64,000 nt of DNA from Centroscyllium fabricii (Eukaryota): contig JBNRSN020000007.1 of NCBI GenBank assembly GCA_051313645.2, forward strand, positions 257,548,001 through 257,612,000, given 5' to 3'. The notes beneath the pieces were generated by a model, which was given only the letters and a program-made list of their open reading frames with translations, was not told the origin of the DNA and searched no databases. Positions 23,686 to 34,669 of this stretch are shown here, piece by piece. Position 1 is the stretch's first letter. The number at the start of each line of letters is the position of its first letter. Made by a program: the position numbers and the translations under genes.

Positions 23686-23936
23686 GAAACATAGAAACTA
23701 GGAGCAGGAGTAGGCCATTCGGCCCTTCGAGCCTGCTCTGCCATTCAATGAGATCATGGCTGATCATCCAAACCCAGTACCCCGCCCCTGCCCTCTCCCC
23801 ATATCCCTCGATCCCTATCGAGCCTGCACCGACACATATCCCACCCTATCCCCGTAACCCCACATATTCAATCCCCCCTAACACTAAGGGTCAATTTATC
23901 ATGGCCAATCAACCTAACCCGCACATCTTTGGACTA
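23686..23936 (-). mobile_element. 5'-truncated CR1-tailed V-SINE (HE1-like)
   Basis: CR1 tail plus GGCCAATCAACCTAACCCGCACATCTTTGGAC core; near-identical to 38880-39134. Confidence 0.8.
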
Positions 23937-24179
23937 TGAGGGCAGTCTGGTTTGTTACAGGTTAGGAATGTTGGAGGATAGTTCAAAGACCTCTTGTTTA
24001 TGTCAAGTAAGACAGCTCACTGAAGTGGGAAAACATGGCATGTCCTTTATTTGCTATCATTATGTATAGATAAGTTGTACTGATTGAACTAAGTGAATCT
24101 AATCAGAAATATTTATTTGTACATTCACCTTACTGTGAAATAATGGAACTTAATCATTCAAACCAAGCTTCACCTCACC

Positions 24180-24800
24180 TAGTATTAACTCAATCTTCCT
24201 TCAGAGAGATTGAAAATATACACGCGGAAGACAAAAACATCTGGTATAGAATAATAAGTGGATATTATTGTTACAGCCCTGGCTTAAACTATCCTACAAG
24301 CAGAGAAAAGGCAGTCTGAATCATAAAATTAATATGCTCGAGTTGTAAAAGGGAATGGCTGACATTGCTGAACTCAAGAAGGTATCTGTGGCAGAGCTGA
24401 ATTTCTAACACCTGTTCTTTTTCTTTCCAGATGTTATTGGACCAGCTGTCCATTTGCAGCACCTTCTGCTTTGACACTTGCTGAACTTACACAAGTCTTC
24501 AAAGGAAGGATTTAAAAGTTAGTGAAGGCTTTATCAGTCTGTGAAATGGAATATGCTAATAGCTTGGTATGCAAATCACATTAATATACAGGTAGTTTTA
24601 TGATAAAGGAACACCACTTGGATGCCCCTCCCCTACTTGGCCATGAGAGTCAAATAGATAACTTCAAACACACTGTAACATCCCCCAGTTCATTAAAGCA
24701 CCAAAGCTCAGGCAGATCCACACTCACCATAAGCCTGTGTATCCCCAACCGCCTCCCCAATGAACAGATAAGGCCATATTCCCCCTTTTAGATTATTGCT
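24180..24800 (-). pseudogene. Possible further decayed coding segment of the host gene
   Basis: Non-repetitive; 62-codon ORF (SKQKVLQMDSWSNNIWKEKEQVLEIQL...), donor AG|GTGAGG at ~24180; multiple stops, frame uncertain. Confidence 0.3.
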
Positions 24801-25104
24801 AACTAGGCACAAAATTGTCACAGGACATACATTTCAAAAAATAGTCTACCTTCCCTGGTTTAAAATTTGTAGGACGCCAAAAGTGATGCCAAACATGGGG
24901 ATGTACAGAATATATACATTTTTTAAAAGTGAGGAAATTCTTTATCAGAATTAGAGATGCAATTGTTTAGCCAGCAGGCTCAACCATCTATAATAATTCA
25001 GTTACATGCACCATCAAATCAGTAAGTTCTCCAGGTCAGTACCCCTATTGATGTCATCAGTATTCACTGGTTAGCAGAGATCAAATCAAAAGTGAAACTC
25101 ATAA

Positions 25105-25939
25105 GGGGGGAATTTTTCCGGAAGGGCGGGAACCTGGCGGAGATTGGTCTGGGTGGCTTCCGGTCACGCCTGCCCAAAACAGCTGGGAAGCCCATGCAAT
25201 TTTAGTTTAATGAGGTTGTTAAATCCCCGTCGGCGGGAGCGGGAGGTAATTAGGTCAATTGAGTCGGGCAGCAGCGGAGCTGCGAGCACTTTGATTGACA
25301 GTTCCAGCACTGGTTGTTGTCAGTTCCCATGGCAACACTCCATTGTGACATCACAGTGGAGTGGAGCCAATGGGAAAGGCCAAGTGCTGGTGACTGACAG
25401 GTGGGGAGGCGGGCTCCGAATCCCTCACAGCTCGCACTGGCTGTGAGGACATGGTGAGAACTGAGATTGCTCAGTTTCTGTTCACAGCTGATGCTGAAGC
25501 CAGAACAGAGTTACTATCTCCTCTAAGGTGCTGGAGGCATGCCAAGCATTTGGCAGCATGTCCTTCACACGTTAAAGGAGAAAGTAATAAATTCAAGAAG
25601 TCACACAACACCAGGTTATAGGCCAAAAGTAATAACCAGCGCTGTGCTCCCGCTGGGTTTCACTCAGCGGGGTTTAAGGTGGCGGGGTTAGGGCGGAAAA
25701 CACGGCAAAATGGCTGAGGGCCCTTAAAATGGCATTAAAGATGCCAATTAAGGGCCCTTAACGAGGTGACAACCCATCCCCGCCAGTCGGCGGCGGGAAG
25801 GTCTCGGGGCGGGGAATCTGGGCGGGGGAAAATGAAAAGCGGCGGGGATACGGCGGGGAGGGGCGGGACCCGCCGATTCCAGTATTTTGCCAGCCAGGTT
25901 GCCCAAAACCCCGCCTCACGGGGACATGAAAATCCCCCC
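25105..25939. mobile_element. Harbinger-type MITE (same family as 34706-35459)
   Basis: GGGGGGAATTTT...GAAAATCCCCCC; colinear with 34706-35459. Confidence 0.85.
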
Positions 25940-26647
25940 GAGGGTGCGACATTGGCACTCTAGCGCCGGCCCGCGGGCGCTAATCGGGTGCTACACAATT
26001 AGCGCTAGAGATTGCGTCCAGTGCTAAATTCAGCTGTGCGCTAAGTTGGGGGCTAACTGGTAGTGCCCCAATGAATTTAGCGCACAGCTGGACATCGTGA
26101 CTGATGTCAGCAGGCCGCGCAGCTGAAATTGGGCAGCGCCCGCCGTTTTATGGCTGGGCGCTGCCCGCGCCAGCTTTTTCCTGCCGTAGCAGCAGCGCTG
26201 GAGCGCTGCTTAAAGGGGAGTGCGGCGTACGGCCATTTTTATTGCTGGCCCACCACCAGCACTTTCCCCCTCGACCTCCCCCGCTGGTCCCCCGACGGGG
26301 TGAGGCCTCCAGCAACTGAGCCCGGCACTTCCCTCCAGTGCCGGGTTCCTTCTCCCGCTCCCAGTTCCATGGCGGCCCCGCGGGCCCCTCCCCTTTAATC
26401 GGGGAGGAAGGCCTGCCGTACTGTGGGCCACTGCTACGCACCCGTTCGCGCAGCGCTGCCCCCACGCCCCGATATTCGGTTGCCTCGCACCAAGAGCAAG
26501 GCCGGCCACCTGATTTAGCACCCGCCCACCCATAATTGGCAATGCTTGCCAATTTCGGCCCTATTAGCGCCAGCGATGTGCTGGCGCTAAAAATAGCGCA
26601 TCGCCCGGGTCAGCGCCCAAAAACATGCGCTGATGAATTTATCCCCC
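25940..26647. mobile_element. GC-rich Harbinger-type MITE abutting the previous one
   Basis: Ends GAATTTATCCCCC|TTA; AGCGC-rich subterminal repeats; similar to 48140-48607. Confidence 0.6.
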
Positions 26648-27209
26648 TTATTGTATGTTTTTAACTGACCAATACTTTAAAGGTATCCAGATGGTGAAAA
26701 TTTATATTAAAATTAATGCTGTTTTTGTTAACCATTTGATAATCTTACTAACAGTAGCTCTTTGATGTAATTGGAGGGACATCAGAGTACTTCAGGAAGT
26801 GATTTAACAATTGGGTTAACTATTTTAAAGAAAAATAGAGGTCCCATTCAACTCAAAGCAGAGGGATTCCATTCATTTCTGGACTGGCTGTGTATTAATT
26901 ATGCTTTGGCCACCACTTAATATTTCATTAATAAAATTTCACCCTGAGTCTACGTGCAGAGAGTAAACAGGTGAATCAAAAGTAACAGATCTACTAAAAG
27001 TATCATATGTTTCCAAGCTGGCTTACCCTCGGAACATGTATTAATATCCTCAAAATGCTACATTTTCCAATAGATGTCCAGAAAACTTTGATGCATTACA
27101 CATGTTAACAGAATAAATTGCAACTTTCAAAACCAAGGTTGTATCTCCAAAATGATTCATTCACAAAGTATCAGAGCTGCATTAGTATTCTATCTTAAAT
27201 AAATGGTCA

Positions 27210-27491
27210 CCTCTGAAACATAGTTGCAGAAATGACTTTGCTGAGTGGAACATCCATTTTGATCTTTTTAATGATAAGAGGAATGAATGACTGGTTGCTC
27301 TCCAAGGACATGATGTCGGAGGTCCGATAGAAATTACAATTTTTGAATATATTTTTCGATAAATTCCAACGAAGTGAATACTCTGTATGCTCTCCCTCGT
27401 TTTTAGAAGGATTTATCCCGCATGTATCTTGCTCCCTCTTTCTCTCTATACTGTTTCTAACTAATTTGGAGTATTTTGACAAACTTTTTCC
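27210..27491 (-). pseudogene. Exon-like open segment of the host gene
   Basis: AATAG|GGA acceptor, AG|GTGACC donor; GKSLSKYSKLVRNSIERKREQ...MDVPLSKVISATMFQR. Confidence 0.4.
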
Positions 27492-27656
27492 CTATTGACA
27501 TAGAAATAATTTAAGACTGATTTATGAAAGATGCTTTGTGCAATTTTGAATTAGAATGACTGCATGACTTCAGAGATTATAAAGTTTTTTGAAGGACACT
27601 GCCAATATGATCTTTTTCCAGCAGATTATAAGCCTATCCTAAAATATGTAAAGAAT

Positions 27657-28484
27657 GGGCCAGAATTTCGGGTGCCTCAAACCAGATGCCCACGGACGAA
27701 ATGCCCCGTGCGATGAACGCACGGGAGATGCCCACGGATCCGAGATTTCCGATGCTGAGGGAGAAGGGCCCTCAGCATCAAACGCAGGAGTGAGTTGCAC
27801 CCAAGATTTCCGGTGCAAAAGGGTCAATTTGCTGCGTGATTCTGTGGGCAATGGAGCCTTGAGATGCACTTCAGAAAAGCTGCAGTAACCCGTGCGTGAG
27901 GGAGAGAAAAACGTTCTTAAACAAGGTAAGTTACTTTTTTAACTTTAATTTTAAGTTTTAACAGTTTTTGGGAGTAATGTGGCCAGATCGGTATCATTAA
28001 ATTTCGATGTTAAACTTAAAAAAAAAAAAATTACAAATCCGATTTTGAATTGCTATACCTCATCCAAATTGCTAAATTTTAACTTCGAGTTCTGAAATTT
28101 TTTACTAATTTAGTGAAGTTAAAAAACTAAGAGGAAAAAATCGCTGACTTACCTTCGGTCAAAAGCTGGACTGGCCGCGCTGCTCACTGCCGAGTCTGTG
28201 AGTGCAGCGCCTCACGTCCCTGCTCTCTCAAAGGTCCAACTCGGGATCTGTGCGCATTTTAAAATTTAAATTGGGGATCTGTGGGCGGTTTTTAATTTAA
28301 ATTTGGGATCTGTGGGCGGGGCATACACTGCGCTCCTAGCGTGGCTGGACTGCCACGTTGCGCAGGAAGGGGGCGGAGCCGAGCCAAAATGCAGAGAGTA
28401 AAAAATGTCCGATGTTGGTGCGGTTCTTAAGGGCTCCGCATGGTCCTAGTTGCCCACCAACTGGCAAACCCGAAATTCTGGCCC
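27657..28484. mobile_element. Harbinger-type MITE
   Basis: GGGCCAGAATTTCGGG...CCCGAAATTCTGGCCC 16-bp TIR; AAT TSD on both sides. Confidence 0.9.
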
Positions 28485-28527
28485 AATATTAATCGAAATT
28501 GAATAATTTCAGTATTCATTGGATTAC

Positions 28528-28885
28528 TTGTGTTTTTACTGCAGCACACCATTGCTTTATGTGCATCACTGTCAACTTAGCTGGAAAGGTATTGCACAGG
28601 TCTGAACCATTTCTTCGGATTAATTCAGGCTTCAAATCCATATCATCCTAAACTAAGATGGGCCAACTATGCAACTTGAAAAATCTCAGGGTGGTGTAAG
28701 TAGGGTGAGCTTTCTAGACCAAGGAACCCAAATGTATTCTTCTAGTAGAATACAAAGTGAAGAAAAAGATCCCTATCCAATGGCAATACCAGAGATTTCA
28801 GAAGCACCCAATCCAGTAAATTGCCAAGGATGCCCTTCCCTTGTAGCTCATCAGGGACAACAGTTGGACAATCAAAAAAATACTC
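28528..28885 (-). pseudogene. Decayed exon-like segment of the host gene (stops and a frameshift)
   Basis: Acceptor TTTTGTTTTTGTTTAG; EYFFDCPTVVPDELQGKGILGNLLDWVLLKSLVLPLDRDLFLHFVFY*...; CAA|GTAATC donor. Confidence 0.4.
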
Positions 28886-29508
28886 CTAAACAAAAACAAA
28901 ATTACCTCCTCCCACCCACCAGTGGTCTAGTGGAGCATATGATGTTGCTTTGAGTAAATGCACTTTTTATTTTGGGGGGCTAAGATACAAATAACAAGCT
29001 ATCTTCAGTCCTCATCAACATATCTTCCACTTATGATCCTCGTTTATACATCCCCAATGATTTTAAATTATGTATAATCAACATCCACATACAATCTTAA
29101 TTACCATTACGCACAATGTTTAATCCTCATTCACCCGTATCCCATATTTTCACACCATAAAATTTTCATCCACCATAAACTTGAGTGCTGTATTATTAAT
29201 GTAGGATGCTAAGAAATCCCCATCCATCTTTTAAGTAGTTGGAGACTGTGGTAATCGTGTATTACCACTGTATATAGTTGATGTGCTCACCTTGACATTG
29301 TATGCTAGGCCAGGTCAGCCACACCCCTAACTCCTCCCCTCAGGTCGGAGCATATAGTTGAGGGCTGCCCTGCCCCCGCTCACTCTTGCCTTGAACTCGA
29401 CAAGAGACTAGCTCCATTGTAAGTGAATAAAAGCCTATAGTTTGGGTAACTACTCGTCTTTTGCGTCTGATTGACGATACGTCAATTTTATTCATTTAAT
29501 TTTAAAAC

Positions 29509-32500
29509 ATGGAGAGTAACGCAGTGAAACCGGATCGCCTCAACATAAATCCTCAGGCGCCCGATGCTGCTAACAACTTCGAACACTGGTTCGGCCTGGT
29601 CGAGGCATACATGAAGGCCGTAAAGGCTACGCCTGATGAGAACAAACTCCAGGTACTCTCATCACGGATCAGCGGCCGGGTGTATTCCTTTATCCGCGGC
29701 CTCAAGACGTACGGGGAAGTGGTTAAGAAACTAAAGGACTACTACATGCGCCCGGCCCACTCGGTCTATGCCAGGCATGTTCTGGCGACCAGACGACAAC
29801 GACTCGGTGAGTCCAACGAACAGTTCCTACTAGCGCTTCAAGCCCTCGCACGGGCCTGCGACTGCCAGGCAAGAAGAAGCGAACCTCCTAATCTGCGATG
29901 CCCATGTGGCTGGACTCAGGTCCAGCCAGGCCCGCCAGCGGCTGCTGGAGCAGGACACACTGTCGCTCGAGTCCGCAATAACTCTTCCTAATGCGGTGGA
30001 CCGAGCGCTCCGAAAGCTGGAGGCGTATGGAGACCACGGCCCACACGATACCCGACCCCTGGGCGACACGGCGACTGGCCGAGACCCCCACGATGGCAGC
30101 GGCGGCTGCGAAGACACCGGCGGGGCACAGATGCTACTTCTGCGGCCAAGGGAAGCACCCGCGGGCGCAGTGCCCCGCGAGGAACGCGACCTGCGAGCGG
30201 TGCGTGAAGAAAGGGCACTACGCGAAGGTGTGCAAGTCCAGCCCAGCCTCCACCTCCAGACCCAACAGCGCGGCCTATGAGAACAGCGATGCCACTCCAT
30301 GGCTCCGGGAACGGTGTTGCTGCGTGACCCAGCAGCGGTCAGCCGGGGGTAAATCGCGGGCGCCTCAATCCCCTTTAACTATACGGTGGAGGCTGGCCGC
30401 GTGCACGGCACAGGCGCTGCCACTCCAAACGCGACCATGCCGGCCATGTGCGACCCCCCCGGCACCGCCATCTTATCGACAGCAGCCGGCCATATGCGAC
30501 CCCCTGGCGCCGCCATCTTGTCCACCGCGGTCGGCCGCATGCGAACCACGGGCGGCGCCATCTTATCCTCAGCGGTCGGCCATGTGCGACCCCCCGGCGC
30601 TGCCATCTTGTCCACCGCGGTCGGCCGCGTGTGAACCACAGGCGCCGCCATCTTGTCCACCGCGGTCAGTCGCGTGCGAACCACGGGCGCCATCTTATCC
30701 ACAGCGGTCGGCCGCGTGCGAACCACAGGCGCTGCCATCTTGTCCACAACAGCCAGACACAAGCGCATCGCCAGCGCCGCCATCTTCGGAGTGGCCATCT
30801 TGCCAACTGCCCCGGCAGGGGCCCCAGCTAGCGGAGGGCTCCCACTCACACACATACACTTTGGCCTCAGCCACTGTCGATCAGGCTAGGCCGCACACCT
30901 TGTCCAACTCCATGATCGGGATTAAGGTGGACGGGCACGTCACTAACTGCCTGTTCGACACCGGTAGCACAGAGCGCTTTATACATTCCGACACAGTGCG
31001 GCGCTACGCACTGCAGCCCACGCACAACCAAGTCTCCCTTGCCTCAAAGTCCCACAAGGCGGACGTCACCGGCTACTGCAGCGTCACACTCACGATCAGG
31101 GACTGCATTTACCGCAACTTTAAGTTGTACGTACTCCAGCAGCTGTGCGCCCCAGTCTTACTGGGACTGGATTTCCAGTGTCACCTGAAGAGCGTGACGA
31201 TGGATTTCGGTGGAACCCTGACCCCCCTCACCGTCAGCAGTCGGGACAATCCCAACTTAACGCGAAGCTCGACTTGCGGCCTGTCCACATTAAAAGTCGA
31301 CCCACCCTCACTGTTCACCAATCTCAACCCCAAATGCAAGCCCATTGCTACCAAAAGTCGGCGTTACAGTGCAGGGGACCGGACGTTCATCAGGTCGGAG
31401 GTCGAGCGCATGCTGAAAGAAGGGATCATTGAGGCCAGCACCAGCCCCTGGCGGGCCCAGGTCGTAGTGGTTAACACGGGCGAGAAACTGCGCATGGTCA
31501 TCGACTATAGCCAGACGATTAACCGCTACACCGGGCTCGACGCCTACCCCCTCACCTGCATCTCGGATATGGTAAACCAGATTGCCCAGTATAAAGGTCT
31601 TTTCCACAATCGACCTCAAGTCGGCGTATCACCAACTCCCCATCCGGAAAGCTGACTGCCAGTACCGCGCCTTCGAGGCGAACGGCCGGCTCTACCACTT
31701 CCTCCGGGTCCCCTTCGGTGTGACCAATGGGGTGTCGGTGTTCCAGAGGGAGATGGACCGCATGTTTGACCAGAACAGGTTGCAGGCCACCTTCCCCTAC
31801 TTGGACAACATGACCATCTGCGGCCATGACCAGCAGGACCACGATGCCAAGCTCGCCAAATTCCTGCACACGGCGAAACGGCTGGACCTCACGTACAATA
31901 AAGACAAGTGTGTCTTTAGTACAGATCAGCTCGCTATCCTCGGATACGTGGTGGAAAACGGGGTCCTCGGCCCTGACCAACAGCGTATGCGCCACTTGCA
32001 AGAGCTGCCCTTACCTCACAACCCCAAAGCCCTGAGGAGATGTCTAGGGTTCTTTTCGTATTACGCGCAATGGGTCCCCCAGTACGCTGATAAGGCCAGA
32101 CCTCTCCTCGAGGCCGACGTCTTCCCCCTCTCGGAAGAAGCCCAAACAGCATTCACTTGGATCAAGGAAGAAGCCCAAATGGCGTTCGCCCTCATTAAGG
32201 AAGATATTATCAAGGCGACCATGCACGCCGTTGATGAGTCCATCCCTTTCCAGGTGGAGAGTGATGCTTCGGACTTCCCCCTTGCCACCACCCTGAACCA
32301 GGCAGGCAGGGCTGTAGCGTTTTTCTCACGGACCCTACAGGGACCCGAAACTCGCCACTCAGCAGTGGAAAAGGAGGCCCAGGCCATCGTGGAGGCAGTG
32401 CGCTACTGGCATCATTACCTGGCCGGTAAGCGTTTTACCCTGCTCACTGACCAACGGTCGGTGGTGTTTATATTTAATAATAAACAACGGGGTAAGATCA

Positions 32501-33747
32501 AGAATGATAAGATCCTGCGGTGGCGGATCGAACTCTCGACTTACGAGTATGACATTCTTTACCGTCCAGGCAAACTCAACGAACCCCCGGACGCACTGTC
32601 CAGGGGAACATGCGCCAGCGCCCAGCTTGACCGGCTGAAGGTCCTCCATGATCGCCTTTGCCACCCGGGTGTCACCAGACTCGCCCACTTCGTCAAATCC
32701 CGTAGCCTCTCCTACTCCATCACGGAGATAAAGGCTATGAACAAGGAGTGCCCTGTCTGCGCCGAGTGCAAACCCCAATTCTACAGGCCAGACATGGCGC
32801 ACGTCATCAAGGCCACCCGCCCCTTTGAACGCCTGAGCGTGGACTTCAAAGGCCCCCTCCCCTCCACTGACCGCAACTCGTATTTCCTCACGGTCATAGA
32901 CGAGTTCTCACGCTTCCCCTTTGCCTTCCCCTGCTCAGACATGACGAGCGCAACGGTGATCAAACACTTCACCATGCTGTTCGCCATTTTCGGTCTCCCC
33001 AGCTACATCCATAGCGACCGGGGGTCGTCGTTCATGAGCGACGAGCTGCGTCAGTTTCTGCTTCAGAAAGTGGTTGCCTCAAGCAGAACGACCAGTTACA
33101 ACCCCCGGGGGAACGGCCAGGTAGAAAGGGAAAACGGGACCATCTGGAAGGCGGTCAACCTGGGCCTGAAGTCCAGAGGCCTTCCAGTTTCCAGTTGGCA
33201 TGAGGTCCTCCCCGACGCACTCCATGCCATTCGCACTCTGTTGTGTACCGCTACTAACTCAACACCTCATGACCTGTTATTTTCCTTCCCCAGGAAGTCG
33301 ACTTCGGGGACAGCACTGCCGCTGTGGCTCACAGCGCAGGGGCCGGTGTTGCTTAGGAAACACGTCCGCGGCCCCAAGACCGAACCCCTGGTGGAACGGG
33401 TGCACCTGCTCCACGCCAACCCGCAGTCTGCTTACGTGACATTCCCGGACGGGCGCGAGGATACAGTCTCGATCAGGGACCTGGCGCCCGCCGGGAGCAC
33501 TAAGGCAGGACCCCCGGTCGAGCCTCAGCCCGACCAGCCACCACCCACCGAATACTGGCCCCCATACATACACACACCGGGGCCCTCAACACCACCGATC
33601 AACGACCTGGGACCGGACACCGCACCGCCGGCACCGTTGGCGGAGAGCCCGATCCCGGCCCTGCAACCGGCCCCACCGCCATTACCAGCACCCCGGCGGT
33701 CCTCCAGGCAGACGCGACCGCCGGCGAGACTAATAGCGCAATGCTGA
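29509..33747 (+). pseudogene. gag-pol of E1 with frameshifts
   Basis: Gag MESNAVKPDRL..., two CCHC knuckles CYFCGQGKHPRAQC/CERCVKKGHYAKVC, LFDTGS protease, YLDN RT, ESDASD RNase H, HHCC and DDE integrase. Confidence 0.93.
30440..30803 (+). repeat. 45-bp coding tandem repeat in the gag-protease linker (~8 units)
   Basis: GCCATCTT recurs at ~30467, 30512, 30557, 30602, 30647, 30689, 30734, 30779; encodes PPSCPPRSAACEPRA-like units. Confidence 0.9.
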
Positions 33748-34300
33748 TTGCGTATAATGGACATATTGAATTTTTTTTTCTCCTCTCTCTTCCTCTCACC
33801 AGAAGGCACGTTCACCCCGCCGGACTTGTTTTTAAATAAGGGGTGAATGTGGTAATCGTGTATTACCATTGTATATAGTGATGTGCTCACCTTGACATTG
33901 TATGATAGGCCAGGTCAGCCACACCCCTAACTCCTCCCCTCAGGTCGAAGCATATAGGTGAGGGCTGCCCTGCCCCCGCTCACTCTCGCCTTGAACTCGA
34001 CAGGAGACTAGCTCCATTGTAAGTGAATAAAAGCCTATAGTTTGGGTAACTACTCGTCTTTTGCGTTTGATTGACGATACGTCAGTGACACAACAAGATT
34101 TATCCCTAATCATCAACCTGGTATCTTATTAATGATTTTGGAAGACCTCATACCATACTGTATCAACACTCATTGGAAGGCATCGTTCTCATTTAAGATT
34201 TTTCCAGGTAGAATTATACAGCAGAAGAGAATTATACAGCAGAAGAAATTATACCGCATTACTCACTCTTAATTTAATCAAACTCCAGTTTTGAAGAGCT

Positions 34301-34669
34301 ACATAGGAACATAGGAGTAAACCACTCATTCCCTCAAGCCTGTTCCACCATTCAATGAGATCGTGGCTGATCTGTATAGTAAATCTATCCACCTGCCTTG
34401 GCTCCAGATACATTTATACCCTTGGCTCGCAAAAATCTAGCGATCTCAGATTTAAAATGATTAATTGAGCCCTGCCATCGACTGCTTTTTGTAGGAGAGA
34501 ATTCCACACGTCAAACAGCCTCTGTGTGAAGAGGTGTTTCCTATCCTCGCTCCTGAATGGCCTGGCTCTGATTTTAAGGTTATGTCCCCATGTCCTAAAA
34601 TCCCCTTCACCAGTCAAAAAAAGGTATCTCTTTATCTACCCTATCAATTTCTTTCAAAACCCTAAAAAC
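34301..34669 (-). mobile_element. CR1 3' end, 5'-truncated
   Basis: FRTWGHNLKIRARPFRSEDRKHLFTQRLFDVWNSL; ACATAGGAACATAGG tail. Confidence 0.85.

Larger units (their letters stand above)
29247..34084 (+). mobile_element. Full-length Ty3/Gypsy element E1, compact Mag-like family
   Basis: LTRs 29247-29484 and 33848-34084 (~7 substitutions + 1 indel), TSD GAGAC/GTGAC, PPT AAATAAGGGGTGAA. Confidence 0.95.

Noticed and set aside
31585-31605. Programmed ribosomal frameshift between the 554-aa and 721-aa ORFs of E1
   Set aside because: The break is inside RT and is a single extra A (TATAAAGGTC) relative to E2/E3, which read through in frame.
32134-32205. EEAQTAFTWIK/EEAQMAFALIK duplication as a functional insert
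   Set aside because: Present only in E1 and absent in E2/E3; a private 33-bp tandem duplication.
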